The notes under the pieces were generated by a model. The model was not told the DNA's origin. It made no database searches and was given only the letters and a program-made list of their open reading frames with translations. Of a stretch of 63,038 bases of DNA, positions 59,534 to 63,038 are shown in pieces. The DNA is from Halieaceae bacterium (GTDB taxonomy: Bacteria > Pseudomonadota > Gammaproteobacteria > Pseudomonadales > Halieaceae). The stretch's first letter is position 1, and each line of letters opens with the position of its first letter. Both the position numbers and the translations under genes were made by a program. The DNA lies in assembly GCA_018657645.1 (NCBI GenBank), contig JABHWT010000164.1:1-63038 (forward strand), in the 5' to 3' direction.

Positions 59534-62086
59534 ATGACTATCGACAGAAACCAAACACGATTTTCAGTTGACAGCCTAAGGAAGAAGCTGGCAAGTGCCT
59601 ATCGGCGTGTTCGTACACTAGAACGAGCGCTAGCGGAACGAGAACTCGAGGACGGTCGGCGAAAGGATGAACTCAACGCTGTTGCACAAAGCGAAGCTTT
59701 TCTAGAGCAAAGTGCCGAGATCGCCCTTCTGGGCTATGCCGTATGGGATGATACGCTCGATAGAGACGTCGCCGTATCCGATGAACTTGCCAGGATCCAT
59801 GGTTTAACGAGAGATGCGTACCTCGAAAACGTCAGCAGCATGGATAAATACCTAGAGTTCGTCGTTCCCGAAGACCGTGAAAAATACCTGGACTATGAAA
59901 ATAACTTTACCGCAGATGACAGCGGCAAGGCAGCCGGTGTTGAATATCACATAGTCCGGGCTGACGGCGAAATCCGTCACCTACTCCAGCGTAGTCAATA
60001 CGTCCCTGTCTCCTCTGGTAGACCATTCCAGTCCATCGTTGTTATCCAGGACGTCACTGAGCAAAAGGAGGTGGAAGACCGTCTCAAGAAAAGCCGGGAG
60101 GCACTGGAGGAAAGCGAAGCCATGCTAACTCAGAGTGTTGCAATGGCGAACCTGGGTCACGCCATCTGGAACTATGACAGTGAAAGGTACATTGACGTGT
60201 CCAGGGAATGGGCTAGGATTTTTGGCTACACTAAAGAGGAGTTCCTCGCGAGATTTGCCAATGCAGAACAGGATCTCAGTTTGATCCACCCCGACGATCT
60301 CGAGCGCTATCTTGTCTATTACGAAGAGGAAGATCCGGACAATCTTACACCGGACATCGAGTACCGGATTGTCACGCGTACAAATGAAATCAAGCATATC
60401 CTGCAGTCCCATAAGTATGTCTTCAATGAGTCTGATGAACGGACCAAAGGACTCGTAACCATTCAGGACATCTCGGATCGTATTGAGCGCGAAAATGAAC
60501 TGCACGAAGCCAGGAATGCCGCAGAGCAGGCCTCTGTAGCAAAATCTTCATTTCTTGCCTTAATGAGTCACGAAATACGAACACCCCTCAATGCTGTGCT
60601 CGGGGCACTTGGACTGATTGAGTCAGAGGATTTGGATCCATCGCTGAGGAAGTTCCTGAGCGTAGGCAGAAAAGGAGCGGAAAGCCTTCTTATAATAATT
60701 AATGATATTCTCGATTTCTCAAAGATGGAAGCGGGTAAGCTACAACTGGAACCCGCCTCGTTTAAAGTACAAAAGGCTATTGATGATGTACTGCAGGTGC
60801 TTGAGCCCCGGGCCTTGGAAAGGGCTATCTCGCTGACTAGTAACCTGGACCTCGACGTCCCGGAATTTCTCATTGGTGACGCAAGCCGAATCCGGCAGGT
60901 ATTGCTGAATCTCTGCAGTAATGCCGTACGATTTACCACAGAGGGAGGTGTCCACATCAGAGTCTCCAAATCAAGACAGGAAGGTGATATTACTCAGGTC
61001 CGATTCGAGGTTGAAGACACCGGTTGCTGAGTGCCCATGGAGGACCAATCACATCTGTTTGAGGAGTTCTGGGGAACGAGCACGTCTACTTTAGACAACC
61101 TCGGCAGCACGGGCTTGGGTCTCCCAATAAGCAAGCAACTTGTTGAGATGATGAGAGGGTCGATTGGTTTCGAGAGCGAACCCGAACGCGGTAGCATCTT
61201 TTGGTTCGAGATACCCCTCGATTCCCCTAGCGTAGAGACAGTCAAATTGGAAAAAGCTAGATCCAGCAGGATAAAACAAATTGCCCCCTATAAGGATTTA
61301 CCCATTTTACGGGGACGTATCCTGATAGCAGAGGACAATCCGGCCAACCAATTGATCGGCCAAACTATGCTCGAACGTATGGGGCTTCAGGTCGACGTTG
61401 TCGCCAATGGCCGCGAGGCTGTCGCAGCAGTTCGCAGCATTCCCTATGACCTGGTGTTAATGGATATCAATATGCCTGAGATGGATGGAATTGAAGCGAC
61501 GGGGGCCATTCGCAAACTGCCCGGAGAATCGTCCGGAATCCAAATTGTCGCCATGACAGCGCTGGCGATGCCCGGTGACAAGGAGCGCTTTCTGTCGCAA
61601 GGTATGGATGGTTACATCAGCAAGCCCATCATGCGGGAAGAGCTGCACGCTTGTATCGCTAGTGTTCTCGAAGATCTTGAGCGGCCGCCCAGCACCATAA
61701 CCAGCGACAACGATACTAATCCAGCTGATACTAATACCTCGATTATTGACACTGAAATTCTTAGCACCCTGACAAGGGACGTCGGCACTGAACTCCTGCC
61801 GAAAATTATCGACAAGTATTTATCGGAGATTCCGGTCCGGGTGAATGCAATCACTGCTGCTGCAGATAGTAACGACTGTGCGCTAATTGCAAAAGAGGCT
61901 CACCCGCTAAAGAGTAGTTCTGCCTATATGGGTGCGATGGGGTTGGCAGAATTAGCAAGCACGCTGGAACAAGCTGGACTTGAGCTAAATCTGGAGAAAA
62001 TCAAACAGGAGGTATTACATTTACCGGGCTTGTTTGAGCAGACAAGAGAAGAACTGACAAGAGCAAAGGCAAGTGAAACCAAGTAA
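59534..62086 (+). pseudogene. hybrid sensor histidine kinase (coiled coil, 2 PAS, HisKA, HATPase, REC, Hpt) interrupted by an in-frame TGA at 61028-61030
   Basis: ORFs 59534-61030 and 61031-62086 share one frame. H-box SHEIRTPLN and N-box LLNLCSNAVRFT lie upstream. Translation across the junction reads EVEDTGC*VPMEDQSHLFEEF, then GSTGLGL (G2), REC LMDINMPEMDG and Hpt AHPLKSSS. Confidence 0.8.
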
Positions 62087-62120
62087 ACTCAGTGAGTGAG
62101 CACTCGGCAGATCTACATGC

Positions 62121-62939
62121 TTAGGGCTTAGCCCGCAAATAAATAATGTAATACACGAAGCCTACCAACACGCTACCGCCAACCAGGTTTCCAATAATCA
62201 CGGGAAAGAGATTGCTCAACAGGCCCTGCCAGCTAACCACATGGAGACCCACGTCTGCCTGGGCAGTCGTCTCAAGCAGAATACCCATGGGAATAAGGTA
62301 CATGTTGGCAATACAGTGTTCAAAGCCCGCTGCAACGAATGCGGATATTGGGAAGACAATCACCACCACTTTGTCAATAATGCTTCGTCCCGCCAGGGTC
62401 ATCCACACCGCCATGCAGACCAGTATGTTGCACAATACACCCCGAAAGAAAGCCGTCCAGAAAGGCATTGATACTTTTGCTGTCGCTATCTCAATGTATT
62501 TTGCAGCAATGGCGCCATCATTCATTAAGGGGTGGCCAGAATAAAACACAAGCAGAGCCAACCCGGTTGCACCGACAAAATTTCCTACGAAAACTATCAT
62601 CCAGTTTTTGAGCACATCGGTGGTCGTGACCTGGCCGTCGGCCCAGGCCATGACAAGTAGGTTGTTCCCGGTAAACAGCTCTGCACCAGCAACAATGATC
62701 AGGATTAACCCCAGAGAAAATGCCACCCCACCCATTACCTGGCCCACCGCAAAACCCAGTGTTGCATCAGACTTGATCAGGACAAAAAACAGTGCGCCCA
62801 GCCCGATAAAGGCACCTGCAAGCACTCCCAGCATCGCCGTCGACAACACGGAAAGCTGCACCTTGGCAACACCTACCGATTCTACTCGAGCCGCAATCTC
62901 TTTCGGTGCATAAACATCCGAGCCGAAAATCTCTGACAT
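62121..62939 (-). CDS. formate/nitrite transporter family channel (FocA/NirC-like)
   Basis: 272 aa from MSEIFGSD, 6 TM helices, FNT signatures (GAELFTGN, FEHCIANM). The ORF-track start at 63017 is over-extended. Confidence 0.9.
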   Translation of the reverse strand: MSEIFGSDVYAPKEIAARVESVGVAKVQLSVLSTAMLGVLAGAFIGLGALFFVLIKSDATLGFAVGQVMGGVAFSLGLILIIVAGAELFTGNNLLVMAWADGQVTTTDVLKNWMIVFVGNFVGATGLALLVFYSGHPLMNDGAIAAKYIEIATAKVSMPFWTAFFRGVLCNILVCMAVWMTLAGRSIIDKVVVIVFPISAFVAAGFEHCIANMYLIPMGILLETTAQADVGLHVVSWQGLLSNLFPVIIGNLVGGSVLVGFVYYIIYLRAKP

Positions 62940-63038
62940 ACCTGAATTCCTTTCTGAGTATCCGCGGCTATGGCGAACATAGGGGCTGACTAGGGCATCG
63001 CATTGACATGTTCCCATTCGAAAGTGCGACTCATAAAG

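Noticed and set aside
61028-61030. TGA in the histidine kinase read as selenocysteine.
   Set aside because: The position corresponds to a structurally conserved glycine of the ATP-lid G1 box, not a redox cysteine. I saw no convincing SECIS-like hairpin immediately downstream, and no sel genes are in the window. This is kept as a formal alternative in the corresponding finding.
58966-62086. A genomic islet integrated at tRNA-Arg(CCG). The downstream genes (small ORF, broken kinase) look somewhat more AT-rich by eye.
   Set aside because: There is no integrase and no direct repeat of the tRNA 3' end that I could find downstream. The composition impression is not quantified, so the evidence is insufficient.

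Overview
This 63-kb window is densely coding, with about 55 protein genes, one tRNA, no rRNA, no CRISPR array and no transposase or phage integrase (only xerC). It reads as chromosomal backbone of a gammaproteobacterium. The first ~39 kb is conserved housekeeping synteny: moaA; an orphan pilU; gshA-acpH-rsd; yheS; elbB plus a GIY-YIG gene; trxA-rho-ubiD; hemCDXY; argH; lptM-lysA-dapF-yigA-xerC-yigB; porin-glnK-amtB plus a second glnK; ubiK-comM; a TonB-dependent receptor; and rep. The region from 39 to 63 kb looks more accessory. It holds a secreted tail-fibre-like repeat protein with a decayed paralogue next to it, a MatB-like ligase, an amidohydrolase and an esterase. It also holds an RND pump pair, a GST, a five-gene LolA-like/FtsX/FtsX/ABC/beta-barrel operon, two lipoproteins, tRNA-Arg(CCG), a hybrid histidine kinase interrupted by an in-frame TGA, and an FNT channel. 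I did not find a convincing new multi-gene system such as a defence-type cluster, and I say so plainly. The structure least explained by gene annotation is a family of nested palindromic MITE/REP-like elements at 13.85 kb, 19.03 kb and 56.4-57.0 kb. Their left ends always sit on a doubled YTAG octamer that contains the stop codon of the upstream gene. Secondary candidates are a moaA-linked MoxR/VWA/zinc-ribbon trio with no visible client enzyme, the LolA-like ABC operon ending in an unassigned outer-membrane barrel, and the tail-fibre/S74-chaperone protein. All family assignments come from reading the translations and recalling the families; no searches were run.
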